Of a stretch of DNA of 32,000 bases, positions 1 to 12,807 are shown piece by piece (the first letter of the stretch is position 1; the number at the start of each line of letters is the position of its first letter). A program made the position numbers and the translations under genes. The notes under the pieces were generated by a model that was not told the origin of the DNA, made no database searches, and worked only from the letters and a program-made list of their open reading frames with translations. Origin of the DNA: Candidatus Methylomirabilis oxygeniifera (GTDB taxonomy: Bacteria; Methylomirabilota; Methylomirabilia; Methylomirabilales; Methylomirabilaceae); assembly GCA_000091165.1 (NCBI GenBank), contig FP565575.1:2340001-2372000 (forward strand), in the 5' to 3' direction.

Positions 1-526
1 CCTCTGCCGCGTGGATCTCCCAATCGACGCCGCCAGGCTCAGGTTGACAGATGCGGCAGGTGGTAAATGTACCATCGACCAGCCGATACCTGCGATCCCC
101 TTCCTTATGGACCTCGACGCCCTGAAAGACGGTCGCAGGGGGGATCGCGCCTTTGGCCTGATACATGACACCGGTATTGGTGCGATAGCGGTATTCCAGT
201 CGATCGCCGTCCAGACGGCTTGCGCCGTCGATGAGTTGAACCCTTCCCCTAGCCCGGATGATCTCCTGAACCTCATCCACCTCGACCTCATCGGCATGGA
301 GGATGCGGTTCTCCATCAGGATTCGGACGTCGCCTCGCGCGATGGCAACCTTGTCGCGCTCACGGCGCTCAATCTCATTCGCCTCGATCCGAACAGCCGA
401 TTTGAGCTCATCGATTTTACCGAGAAGGCCCCGGGATTCCGCATCCTGCGCCAGGACTGCCGGCGTGAACCATGGCGAGGCAAGGAAGAAAAACGCCAAC
501 AACACAGGCAAGAGGTAGCGTGGCAT
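1..526 (-). CDS. lptD: LPS-assembly protein LptD/OstA-like, N-terminal part (C-terminus runs off the left edge)
   Basis: Minus-strand frame starting at CAT 524-526 reads MPRYLLPVLLAFFFLASPWFTPAVLAQDAESRG...VRIEANEIERRERDKVAIARGDVRILMENRILHADEVEVDE...RLDGDRLEYRYRTNTGVMYQAKG, a signal peptide followed by an OstA/LptA-type beta-jellyroll pattern. It has no in-window stop, which explains its absence from the ORF track. Confidence 0.75.
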   Translation of the reverse strand, partial: MPRYLLPVLLAFFFLASPWFTPAVLAQDAESRGLLGKIDELKSAVRIEANEIERRERDKVAIARGDVRILMENRILHADEVEVDEVQEIIRARGRVQLIDGASRLDGDRLEYRYRTNTGVMYQAKGAIPPATVFQGVEVHKEGDRRYRLVDGTFTTCRICQPEPGGVDWEIHAAE

Positions 527-693
527 CAACAAAGACCTCGTGAGGACGCTAACAGACCTTTGTAGAGGCAGGGCGTACCCTACCCGGAACGGGCGCGCGG
601 CAAGCGGCGCCCCTATCGCGCATCACTGCAGTGCAAGGTGCCCCCGCCTTATATCAGAGAGCCCCACCTAAGGCAAGAAGTTTTGTGCCGACG

Positions 694-999
694 TCACCGC
701 GCCCTGATAATCACCGCACTGATCCGGTCGATACCGACAAAGGCATCAAAGAAATCTCTTTTTGCAAGTTTCGAAAGATGAACCAGATGTTCGCCAACCA
801 CAGACACCGTCCCTTCTATTTCTTCGCTGGACTCCAGCCGCAATACCACCCGTTTGCCGATAGCATCCGTGAGAAGAGCCCTCATGGTTGTCGTGGACTT
901 CAAATCGTACCTGGCCTCTTCCGCCGCTACGATCGGGGCGGACATCACCATAAGTCCCGCCGCAAACATGACAGCGCGCACGATCCCTTGCACCTTCAT
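694..999 (-). CDS. small exported protein with an Sm/LSM-like segment, function unknown
   Basis: ORF with probable start MKVQGIVRAVMFAAGLMVMSAPIVAAEEA (signal peptide) then GKRVVLRLESSEEIEGTVSVVGEHLVHLSKL; the track ORF extends to 1032. Confidence 0.5.
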   Translation of the reverse strand: MKVQGIVRAVMFAAGLMVMSAPIVAAEEARYDLKSTTTMRALLTDAIGKRVVLRLESSEEIEGTVSVVGEHLVHLSKLAKRDFFDAFVGIDRISAVIIRAR

Positions 1000-1181
1000 G
1001 ACCTTTATCTCCTCGTGATAGGTTTGTGACAACCGCCGGATCCCCTCAGTTAAGAAGGTGAGTTATTGGGTAACGTGAACTCACCCCTGCAGCGTCTGCA
1101 GCAATGCGGTCGAAGCCGGAAATCGTTTCGAGCGGGCGCAGATCCTAGGGATAGATAGTACCGATAATGCCGTCAAGCACG

Positions 1182-1211
1182 TTGCAATCTACGCCCCCGC
1201 GCGGGGGTGAC
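1182..1211 (-). repeat. solitary degenerate type I-C-like CRISPR repeat remnant
   Basis: Plus strand reads approximately GTTGCAATCTACGCCCCCG..GCGGGGGTGAC, closely matching the better copy at 2078-2108. Confidence 0.6.
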
Positions 1212-1239
1212 ACAGGGGGGATTTGCGGCCGAAAGAGAC

Positions 1240-1677
1240 TCATGGGAGTGACCTCGGCCACACAGTCAGGCCAGTTGCCTGTGCGGCGTTCCAGAGTTGC
1301 CGGTCGTAGGTCGCCACCGTAACCGACTCGCCCAGCATATCCCGCCAGAACAAAGCCGACGCCAAGTGAGTCGCATCGTAGCCGCGTAGGCTATAATCCC
1401 AAGCAAGAGATGCGGCACGGGACACGAGAACCTCGGTCATCTGGAGGCGGATAAGGCTTTCCCACTCACCACTGAAGAACTGCAGCGCGGAAACTCCTTC
1501 CTCGCGCGTCAACAGCGCCATGCGGACGGCCTTGGCCATCGCTGCGGCCACTTCCGCCCGGCTGATGATCGCCGTGCCGACCACCGCGGCCTGATCAATG
1601 AGTTCTCCAACCTCGGCAGAATCCGCCTCTGCCACGTACCGCTTGACAAGCGCGCTAGCGTCGAGATAGGCAATCAC
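1240..1677 (-). CDS. PIN-domain toxin, VapC family
   Basis: MIAYLDASALVKRYVAE...SRAEVAAA...YDATHLASAL...VTVATYDRQLWNAA: PIN acidic residues. ATGA-type overlap with the upstream antitoxin. Confidence 0.85.
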   Translation of the reverse strand: MIAYLDASALVKRYVAEADSAEVGELIDQAAVVGTAIISRAEVAAAMAKAVRMALLTREEGVSALQFFSGEWESLIRLQMTEVLVSRAASLAWDYSLRGYDATHLASALFWRDMLGESVTVATYDRQLWNAAQATGLTVWPRSLP

Positions 1678-1961
1678 TCGCGGTCCTCAATCAGCAGATC
1701 GGCCACGGTGCGCTTTCCTCGGACCCGGGCCACGGGCGCCAAGGATGTCAGTTTGCGCTTATTCCAGAGCACGAGGCCCGACTGGGCCAGAGCTTCGATG
1801 CGGTCTTCAATCGGCAGAATTGTCGGTACGATCCGGCCTATCGGCGTCCCCCGATCGGCGATCTCTACCGACTCTCCGGCCTTGACCAGCCGCAGGTAGT
1901 GGCTCAGCCTGCTCTTGAGTTCGCGTATGCTGACTCTCGTGCACTTCGTCACTCCTTCCAC
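1674..1961 (-). CDS. Phd/YefM-type antitoxin
   Basis: VSIRELKSRLSHYLRLVKAGESVEIADRGTPIGRIVP is a characteristic prevent-host-death motif; overlaps the VapC start by 4 nt. Confidence 0.85.
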   Translation of the reverse strand: MEGVTKCTRVSIRELKSRLSHYLRLVKAGESVEIADRGTPIGRIVPTILPIEDRIEALAQSGLVLWNKRKLTSLAPVARVRGKRTVADLLIEDRE

Positions 1962-2077
1962 AACGTCACCCCCTTTATCGTGATCTCATTATATAACAGT
2001 GTAGTCACATGATGTCAAATCTATGGAAGTCCCCTGACCAACCCATCATCCCTACTAAAAGGGGCAGCGACCGTCCG

Positions 2078-2108
2078 GTTTCAATCCACGCCCCCGCGCG
2101 GGGGCGAC
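2078..2108 (-). repeat. solitary type I-C-like CRISPR repeat (best-preserved copy)
   Basis: Plus strand GTTTCAATCCACGCCCCCGCGCGGGGGCGAC; reverse complement GTCGCCCCCGCGCGGGGGCGTGGATTGAAAC has the canonical I-C-like form ending ATTGAAAC. No adjacent repeat at CRISPR spacing. Confidence 0.8.
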
Positions 2109-2184
2109 TTCCTGGTGGAGGGTCCGAGGACATTGCATACGAATTGGGTATATGTTAGAATTTTATGAAAATGGAGGAATTACG

Positions 2185-2436
2185 ATGCCTATTACCCATC
2201 TCTCTGAAAAGGGGCAGGTTCTCATTCCCAAGGCGCTTCGCCGCAAGTTCGGCTTGAAGCCGGGCGCGAAGATTCAGTTGGCCGAGGAAGCGGGGCGGCT
2301 GATCCTCTCGCCGGTTCCGCCTGATCCAATCGCCGCCGCTACGGGCTCTCTCGAGGGGGAGTTCTCGCTGACGGCCGATCTCCGCCGCGACCATCAGGAA
2401 GAAATACACCGTGAGCGAAAAGCTCGTACTCGATAG
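2185..2436 (+). CDS. AbrB/SpoVT-like antitoxin
   Basis: MPITHLSEKGQVLIPKALRRKFGLKPGAKIQL is a swapped-hairpin AbrB motif; immediately precedes a PIN gene. Confidence 0.8.
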   Translation: MPITHLSEKGQVLIPKALRRKFGLKPGAKIQLAEEAGRLILSPVPPDPIAAATGSLEGEFSLTADLRRDHQEEIHRERKARTR

Positions 2437-2818
2437 CTTCGCGCTCGTTGCGCTGTTTCACAAAGAACCGGGCTGGCAGGGCGTACAAATGGCCCTCTAC
2501 GAGCAGGAGAAAGCCCACTCGCGGGCGTTCCTCAACTGGATCAACTGGGGAGAATTCTTCTACGTCGTCAAGCGCCGAGTCGGAGCGGCCAGGGCGGAGG
2601 AGGCTCTGCGCCGGCTGGAGCAGTTGCCACTGGAACTGGTACCCCTGGACCTCCCCCTGGTACGGGCAGCGGCCGAGATTAAAAGCGAGTACACCGTGTC
2701 GTATGCCGACGCCTTCTGTGTGGCGACGGCCCAGCGGGCTAACGCGACCATCCTCACCAGCGATCAGGAGTTCCGGGCCGTCGAGCACCTCATCAAGATC
2801 CGCTGGCTTACCGGATAA
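2411..2818 (+). CDS. PIN-domain toxin, VapC family
   Basis: MSEKLVLDSFALVALFHKEPGW...NWGEFFYVVKRR...VSYADAFCVATAQRANATILTSDQEF; overlaps the antitoxin gene. Confidence 0.8.
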   Translation: MSEKLVLDSFALVALFHKEPGWQGVQMALYEQEKAHSRAFLNWINWGEFFYVVKRRVGAARAEEALRRLEQLPLELVPLDLPLVRAAAEIKSEYTVSYADAFCVATAQRANATILTSDQEFRAVEHLIKIRWLTG

Positions 2819-2894
2819 CTGCACCATCACGCCTCACTCGTCGCTTGTCATCGCCTCACACCGCTACTGCGATCAGACCGGATTGGCGTTGACC

Positions 2895-2926
2895 GTTCCA
2901 ATCCACGCCCCTGCCCGCAGGACGAC
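2895..2926 (-). repeat. solitary degenerate type I-C-like CRISPR repeat remnant
   Basis: Plus strand GTTCCAATCCACGCCCCTGCCCGCAGGACGAC: same ends and length as the I-C-like repeat, with a changed but partly compensatory stem. Confidence 0.65.
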
Positions 2927-3065
2927 CCTTGATAACAAGGCTACCTACGTAGAAGTCTAGTTATTGCACCATGTCGCCAAATCAAGTCGACCAAGCGATT
3001 TGACGCTGGACAGGGATGGTACTACACTGTGAGTACGTTAAGATATCATGAGAGGAGGAATCGCG

Positions 3066-3293
3066 ATGGTGAAGCACCTGACCAAGCATGGCAACAGCCT
3101 AGCCCTCGTCATCGATCGTGGAGTATTGGACCTGCTTGAGATCAACGCCGATACCCCCCTTTCAGTGACAACCGACGGCAAGTGCCTGATCGTCACCCCG
3201 GTGCGAGACCCGGAGCGGGAAAAACGATTTCGCGCCGCACTGCAGAAGATCAACACGCGCTACGGCAAGGCTCTCAAACATCTGGCGGATTAG
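3066..3293 (+). CDS. AbrB/MazE-like antitoxin paired with a Doc toxin
   Basis: MVKHLTKHGNSLALVIDRGVLDLLEINADTPLSVTTDGKCLIVTPV: MazE/AbrB pattern; 3 nt upstream of the Fic/Doc gene. Confidence 0.75.
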   Translation: MVKHLTKHGNSLALVIDRGVLDLLEINADTPLSVTTDGKCLIVTPVRDPEREKRFRAALQKINTRYGKALKHLAD

Positions 3294-3296
3294 CGC

Positions 3297-3683
3297 ATGG
3301 CGCCTGTATTCCTCAGTCTTGATGAGGTTACCGAGATTCATCGGGAGATGATCGAACGGTATGGCGGAAGCGCCGGCATCCGGGACATGGGCCTGTTACA
3401 GTCGGCCGTTGCCATGCCTCAGGCAAGTTTTGGTGGTCAGTTCCTGCATGCTGATCTTTTCGAGATGGCCGCCGCCTACCTATTCCATCTCGTACAAAAC
3501 CACCCATTTATCGATGGCAACAAGCGCGTCGGTACCGCGGCGGCGATGGTCTTTCTCGAATTGAATGGGGTCGAGGTGAAGGTCTCCAACGCATTATTGG
3601 CCGCGACTGTCCTGGACCTCGCGCAAGGGAAGATCGCAAAAGCCACGATCGCCGAGTTCCTCAAAACGCACTCCCGCCCTTAG
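3297..3683 (+). CDS. doc: death-on-curing toxin, Doc/Fic family
   Basis: MAPVFLSLDEVTEIHREMIERYGG...NHPFIDGNKRVGTAAAMVFLELNG: Fic-type HPFxDGNKR motif and Doc-like N-terminus. Confidence 0.9.
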   Translation: MAPVFLSLDEVTEIHREMIERYGGSAGIRDMGLLQSAVAMPQASFGGQFLHADLFEMAAAYLFHLVQNHPFIDGNKRVGTAAAMVFLELNGVEVKVSNALLAATVLDLAQGKIAKATIAEFLKTHSRP

Positions 3684-3734
3684 CGTCACGCCGACGCGAC
3701 TCCAAGGCGGACGTAGCCGGTCAGTTCATTCAAG

Positions 3735-3763
3735 GTTTCAATCCAGCCCCCGCGCGGGGCGAC
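3735..3763 (-). repeat. solitary degenerate type I-C-like CRISPR repeat remnant
   Basis: Plus strand GTTTCAATCCAGCCCCCGCGCGGGGCGAC: near-match with small deletions. Confidence 0.7.
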
Positions 3764-3848
3764 GGGTCGCTTCCTAACCGTACGGTGTCCTTGGACCATA
3801 GCGATCAGCAATCAGCCGTCAGCTTCAGAGACATCCCCCTTCGAGTCC

Positions 3849-3869
3849 CCCCCCTTTGATAAAGGGGGG
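3849..3869. repeat. perfect inverted repeat / hairpin
   Basis: CCCCCCTTTGATAAAGGGGGG, followed by TGCAGGGGG. Confidence 0.7.
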
Positions 3870-3967
3870 TGCAGGGGGTTTCATGATGCCCGGGTGGCCC
3901 TGAGGCTCTGATTATTCTTGAGATGACACCATGCCGGCGATCGTGTGCCACGGGGAGGCCTGCGTGT

Positions 3968-3996
3968 GTTACTCCACGCCCCCGCGCGGGAGGCGG
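3968..3996 (-). repeat. degenerate type I-C-like CRISPR repeat remnant adjacent to the I-G array
   Basis: Plus strand GTTACTCCACGCCCCCGCGCGGGAGGCGG; core CCACGCCCCCGCGCGGG retained. Confidence 0.5.
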
Positions 3997-4033
3997 CTCC
4001 CTCGCTTGGCAATGGCGGGCGCCGGGTGGCCTC

Positions 4034-5743
4034 GCTTCAATGGGGCCACGGCTCTGAGGCCGTGGAAACCTCGATCACAGCACCCGCAGTCGCCCTCTTT
4101 TACGACCTTCAATGGGGCCACGGCTCTGAGGCCGTGGAAACGCATCGGCGTAATCTCGCCATGCGCCGCCATGAGCGCCCTTCAATGGGGCCACGGCTCT
4201 GAGGCCGTGGAAACCGAGGATGTTGCCCCACCGCATCGCCTCGTTTTCATCCTTCAATGGGGCCACGGCTCTGAGGCCGTGGAAACGTTTGGGTGGGTCG
4301 AGGACTTTGAGGGATTTCTCAGCCTTCAATGGGGCCACGGCTCTGAGGCCGTGGAAACGCATGGGCTTGGCGTCACGCGCAGCCGCCCCTTGTTCCCTTC
4401 AATGGGGCCACGGCTCTGAGGCCGTGGAAACGCCGGGTCGAAGCGCATGATCATCGCGGGGACGATTGCCTTCAATGGGGCCACGGCTCTGAGGCCGTGG
4501 AAACACATATGGAGTCCGCATGGTTGATTCAACTCGGAGCACCTTCAATGGGGCCACGGCTCTGAGGCCGTGGAAACCATCTAAATACTGGCATCCTCGC
4601 TGTCGGATCTCAATCCTTCAATGGGGCCACGGCTCTGAGGCCGTGGAAACTCCGATTGGGGCGGTCTATCCGTGCCGCAAAAGGACTACCTTCAATGGGG
4701 CCACGGCTCTGAGGCCGTGGAAACTGAAACGACTCAATCTACTTATCGGTGCGGCAAAAGCCCTTCAATGGGGCCACGGCTCTGAGGCCGTGGAAACCAC
4801 GTATGAGGTGGACAGCACGGCCTGGTTCCATGCCCTTCAATGGGGCCACGGCTCTGAGGCCGTGGAAACCGCTTAGCCTCACCTACTGCACGTACCATAT
4901 CGATAACCTTCAATGGGGCCACGGCTCTGAGGCCGTGGAAACCTCATGCTTCTCGACCAGCCCGGCCCAATCCGGCTCTACCTTCAATGGGGCCACGGCT
5001 CTGAGGCCGTGGAAACCTCGCTCGATCCGTTGAAGCGTGCCGAGATTCTTCACCTTCAATGGGGCCACGGCTCTGAGGCCGTGGAAACTGAAGACTGACC
5101 TCGAGGTGTTGGTGAACGGCGTCGTCCTTCAATGGGGCCACGGCTCTGAGGCCGTGGAAACGTGAGCGCCTTGCCAAATGTGAGGGCAAGTACCTCAGCC
5201 TTCAATGGGGCCACGGCTCTGAGGCCGTGGAAACGGATATTGAGATAGCGGTAGGCAAAGGCTGAGGCCGACCTTCAATGGGGCCACGGCTCTGAGGCCG
5301 TGGAAACTCTGCATCTGATATGTCTGCGATGTTGAATACGACTCCTTCAATGGGGCCACGGCTCTGAGGCCGTGGAAACCTCCGTCGCGCGCTGCTCGTG
5401 TATACCCGAATATCCACCTTCAATGGGGCCACGGCTCTGAGGCCGTGGAAACCTGTAGAGTTGATCGAGGACACTCCGGCGAGGTTTTTCCTTCAATGGG
5501 GCCACGGCTCTGAGGCCGTGGAAACACCGGCTCAGCAACACGCCAACCGCAGAATTAACGCTCCTTCAATGGGGCCACGGCTCTGAGGCCGTGGAAACAA
5601 CGAGCTTATCGGGAGATAATCTAATGACAGAGACGCCTTCAATGGGGCCACGGCTCTGAGGCCGTGGAAACTATGCTTTCCCAGTGTTCTCCCCGATGCA
5701 CGTATACCCTTCAATGGGGCCACGGCTCTGAGGCCGTGGAAAC
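4034..5743 (-). CRISPR. type I-G CRISPR array, 24 repeats / 23 spacers
   Basis: Repeat (plus strand) CCTTCAATGGGGCCACGGCTCTGAGGCCGTGGAAAC, 36 nt. Repeat starts at 4034, 4106, 4179, 4251, 4323, 4396, 4469, 4542, 4615, 4689, 4762, 4834, 4907, 4981, 5053, 5126, 5199, 5272, 5344, 5417, 5490, 5563, 5636 and 5708, giving spacers of about 36-38 nt. The first copy begins with G instead of C. Minus orientation is inferred from the repeat ending ATTGAAGG. Confidence 0.98.
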
Positions 5744-5950
5744 CGACATAGTATCCGGCACCGAAAAATCGCGGGGTTACATCAGCGGTTGCGAGAGGTT
5801 CCGCCACACCCCGCTCCACTGCCCTCCTCGACAGCACATTCATAGTCGCCGCATCACAGAAAAGGGCCGAATTTTCAAATACCTTAGCCACCTTCGAGTG
5901 CTCCTGCCTATTCGGTTGTCAAAGAACCGCTCGCAACTCTACCGGCAAGC
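5744..5950 (-). promoter_or_regulatory. candidate CRISPR leader between cas2 and the array
   Basis: ~207-bp non-coding interval next to the cas2 end of the array. The orientation inference (repeat ending ATTGAAGG on the minus strand; the only variant repeat copy at the opposite end) places the leader here. Confidence 0.45.
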
Positions 5951-6241
5951 TTACACCACCATTGACTCACGCCCGACTACCTCCATCGGGCGACCAATCG
6001 CCTGGATTTCCTTCACCTCCCTTCCTTCAGTGGGACCCAGATCAATGAAGACTACCTGATCCTCCTCATGATTGATGATCGCGCTCAGCGCCGCTACCAT
6101 CCTCACCTTCTGCGCCGGCGTCAGATCACACTGGAACACCGACAACTGTAGGTGCTCACCGAAGCCCCGCATGGTTTTGTAGACCTTGGCCCAGCGCACG
6201 CGGTCGGAGATGTCGTAGCTGACGATGAACAGATGGCGCAT
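5951..6241 (-). CDS. cas2: CRISPR-associated endoribonuclease Cas2
   Basis: MRHLFIVSYDISDRVRWAKVYKTMRGFGEHLQLSVFQCDLT...QVVFIDLGP is a canonical Cas2 pattern; adjacent to cas1. Confidence 0.95.
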   Translation of the reverse strand: MRHLFIVSYDISDRVRWAKVYKTMRGFGEHLQLSVFQCDLTPAQKVRMVAALSAIINHEEDQVVFIDLGPTEGREVKEIQAIGRPMEVVGRESMVV

Positions 6242-6244
6242 CGT

Positions 6245-7954
6245 TCATCGCGTCGTGAAGCTCGGGTACTCAGGGATCTCGCCAGCGAGGTAGCGACCGA
6301 GCAGCCGGGCCTGCACCTCCAGCACCCGCCGATAGCTGATCCGGTAGCCGAAGATGGGATGAGAAATCTCCTGACTCATGCGCCGCTCGTAGGCCTCGAT
6401 GAACCTGGTGCGACCGCTCGGGGTCAGGGAGACAGAGCCCGCGATGCTGATAAAGTCCTGCGGCCGCACCTCGCCGTTATTGACGGCCATGAGTACGACC
6501 GAATCCCCGATCAAGGACCGGAACTCCTCCATCAGGTCCAGGGCCAGAGCCGGGCGCCCGTACCGCGGCTGGTGGTAGAATCCCAGGAAGGGATCGAAGC
6601 CTACCGCCTGTAACGTGGTCGTCCATTCCCTGGTGAGCAGCGCGTAGGCAAACGAGAGCATCGCGTTCACAGGATCCCGAGGCGGACGGCGGTTGCGCTG
6701 CTGGAAGTCAAAGCCGGGCATAGGCGCATCCCCGCCTCGCAGCATCGCGCCGAAATTGGAAAAGTAGCGATGGGCCGCCGTTCCCTCGATGCCGAGGAGA
6801 GAGTCCATCCGATCTGCCCTAGCCGCGTGCTCCATGTCCTCCTTGAGATCCCGCAGGGTCTGCTCGGGTGGGTCGGGATGATTGCGACGAAGCAGCGTCC
6901 GGCAGTTGGCGATCTTCGCGCGTACGAACCGCTGAGCGAGGGCAAGGCAGCGCTGCGGATCCGATGCCGCGTCGTACTGACGTCGTCGCAGTTCCACGTT
7001 CTTGTGCCAGAGCCCCTGCGTGATACCGTAGAGCCAGCCGCCGTGCGACAGATACGAGATGGGGATGCCTCGCTGGCACAGCTCGTGGATCACCGGCGTG
7101 CTCGCGTGAACACCGCCAAACAGGACGAGATGCGACACCTCCTCCAGTCGGGCTTCTGCGAGGAGGGCGTCCTCATCCCAGACCTGAAGCACGTTCCCGT
7201 CCTTCTTGATCCGAGCCCCTTGATGCTGCACGTGCAGAGGGAGCGCGTCGTCCCTTGCGGGGAACAAGAGGCGAGGTTCAACCGGATGATCGCCGGCGGC
7301 CTTCAGGAGGCGTACCTCATCGGGCAGGCAGATCCCGACCAGCGAGCACCGCGGGCACTTCGGGCTATCGTCCAGTGGCGGCGGGATCAGTCCTCCGCGG
7401 GCCACTGCGGTCATCTGGCCGGCCAGCTCCAGCGTGCGCTCCACCAGGACCTCATCGAACTCAACCGTCACGCGCTCCTTCGACCCGGCAAAGTAAATCA
7501 CGCCGTTGTCGCACAGAAAGCCGTTGTCTCTCAAGATCAGCCCCTGTGCGCACACCTGCACCCGTTCGGGCTCATACGCGCCCTGTGGCAGGTGGGGGCG
7601 CTTGCCCCGCTTGTAATCGACAGGCGTGACCTGGTTTCCCTCCCCTTCGATCAGGTCAACCTTGGCCGTCAGCCCCAGGCGGTCCGAGGTCAGATGCACC
7701 GACCGTTCGTGGATCGCTTCGGGCTCTCCGGTTTCCTCTTTTGTCGGCTTCTGCCGCTGCCGCCCCCGATCCACGGTCCGGTGCCGCAACCGACCTTCCA
7801 CCGTGTCCGCGCTGTCCGCAAACTCCCCCTGCACCCACTCCAGGTAGCAGAGCCGCGGACAATAGGCGAATTCATTCAGCATCCGGGCCGGCAGCGGCCC
7901 TGGCAAAACATCAGAGGGTGGAAGCGACGGCGTCACTGGCAGTGTATCGTTCAC
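6245..7954 (-). CDS. cas4-cas1: Cas4-Cas1 fusion protein
   Basis: N-terminal Cas4 features LNEFAYCPRLCYLEWVQG and CPRCSLVGICLPDE. C-terminal Cas1 features FGGVHASTPVIHELCQRGIPISYLSHGGWLYG, DPVNAMLSFAYALL and GFYHQPRYGRPALALDLMEEFR. Confidence 0.95.
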   Translation of the reverse strand: MNDTLPVTPSLPPSDVLPGPLPARMLNEFAYCPRLCYLEWVQGEFADSADTVEGRLRHRTVDRGRQRQKPTKEETGEPEAIHERSVHLTSDRLGLTAKVDLIEGEGNQVTPVDYKRGKRPHLPQGAYEPERVQVCAQGLILRDNGFLCDNGVIYFAGSKERVTVEFDEVLVERTLELAGQMTAVARGGLIPPPLDDSPKCPRCSLVGICLPDEVRLLKAAGDHPVEPRLLFPARDDALPLHVQHQGARIKKDGNVLQVWDEDALLAEARLEEVSHLVLFGGVHASTPVIHELCQRGIPISYLSHGGWLYGITQGLWHKNVELRRRQYDAASDPQRCLALAQRFVRAKIANCRTLLRRNHPDPPEQTLRDLKEDMEHAARADRMDSLLGIEGTAAHRYFSNFGAMLRGGDAPMPGFDFQQRNRRPPRDPVNAMLSFAYALLTREWTTTLQAVGFDPFLGFYHQPRYGRPALALDLMEEFRSLIGDSVVLMAVNNGEVRPQDFISIAGSVSLTPSGRTRFIEAYERRMSQEISHPIFGYRISYRRVLEVQARLLGRYLAGEIPEYPSFTTR

Positions 7955-7957
7955 ATT

Positions 7958-12802
<4,845 letters not shown>

Positions 12803-12807
12803 CTCGG

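Noticed and set aside
11-565. 184-aa plus-strand ORF (MDLPIDAARLRLTDAAGG...)
   Set aside because: It is antisense to the clear LptD-like N-terminal coding frame with a signal peptide on the minus strand.
1182-3996. Interpretation of the GC-rich palindromic copies as integron attC sites
   Set aside because: They carry the I-C repeat ends (GTTTCAATCC ... GCGAC), no attC R-box pairs were seen, and no integrase gene is present in the window.
3931-5891. Several ORFs across 3931-5891 on both strands (e.g. repeated FNGATALRPWKP or FPRPQSRGPIEG peptides)
   Set aside because: They are translations of the CRISPR repeats and spacers; the periodic peptides arise from the 72-74 bp array period, not from a repeat protein.
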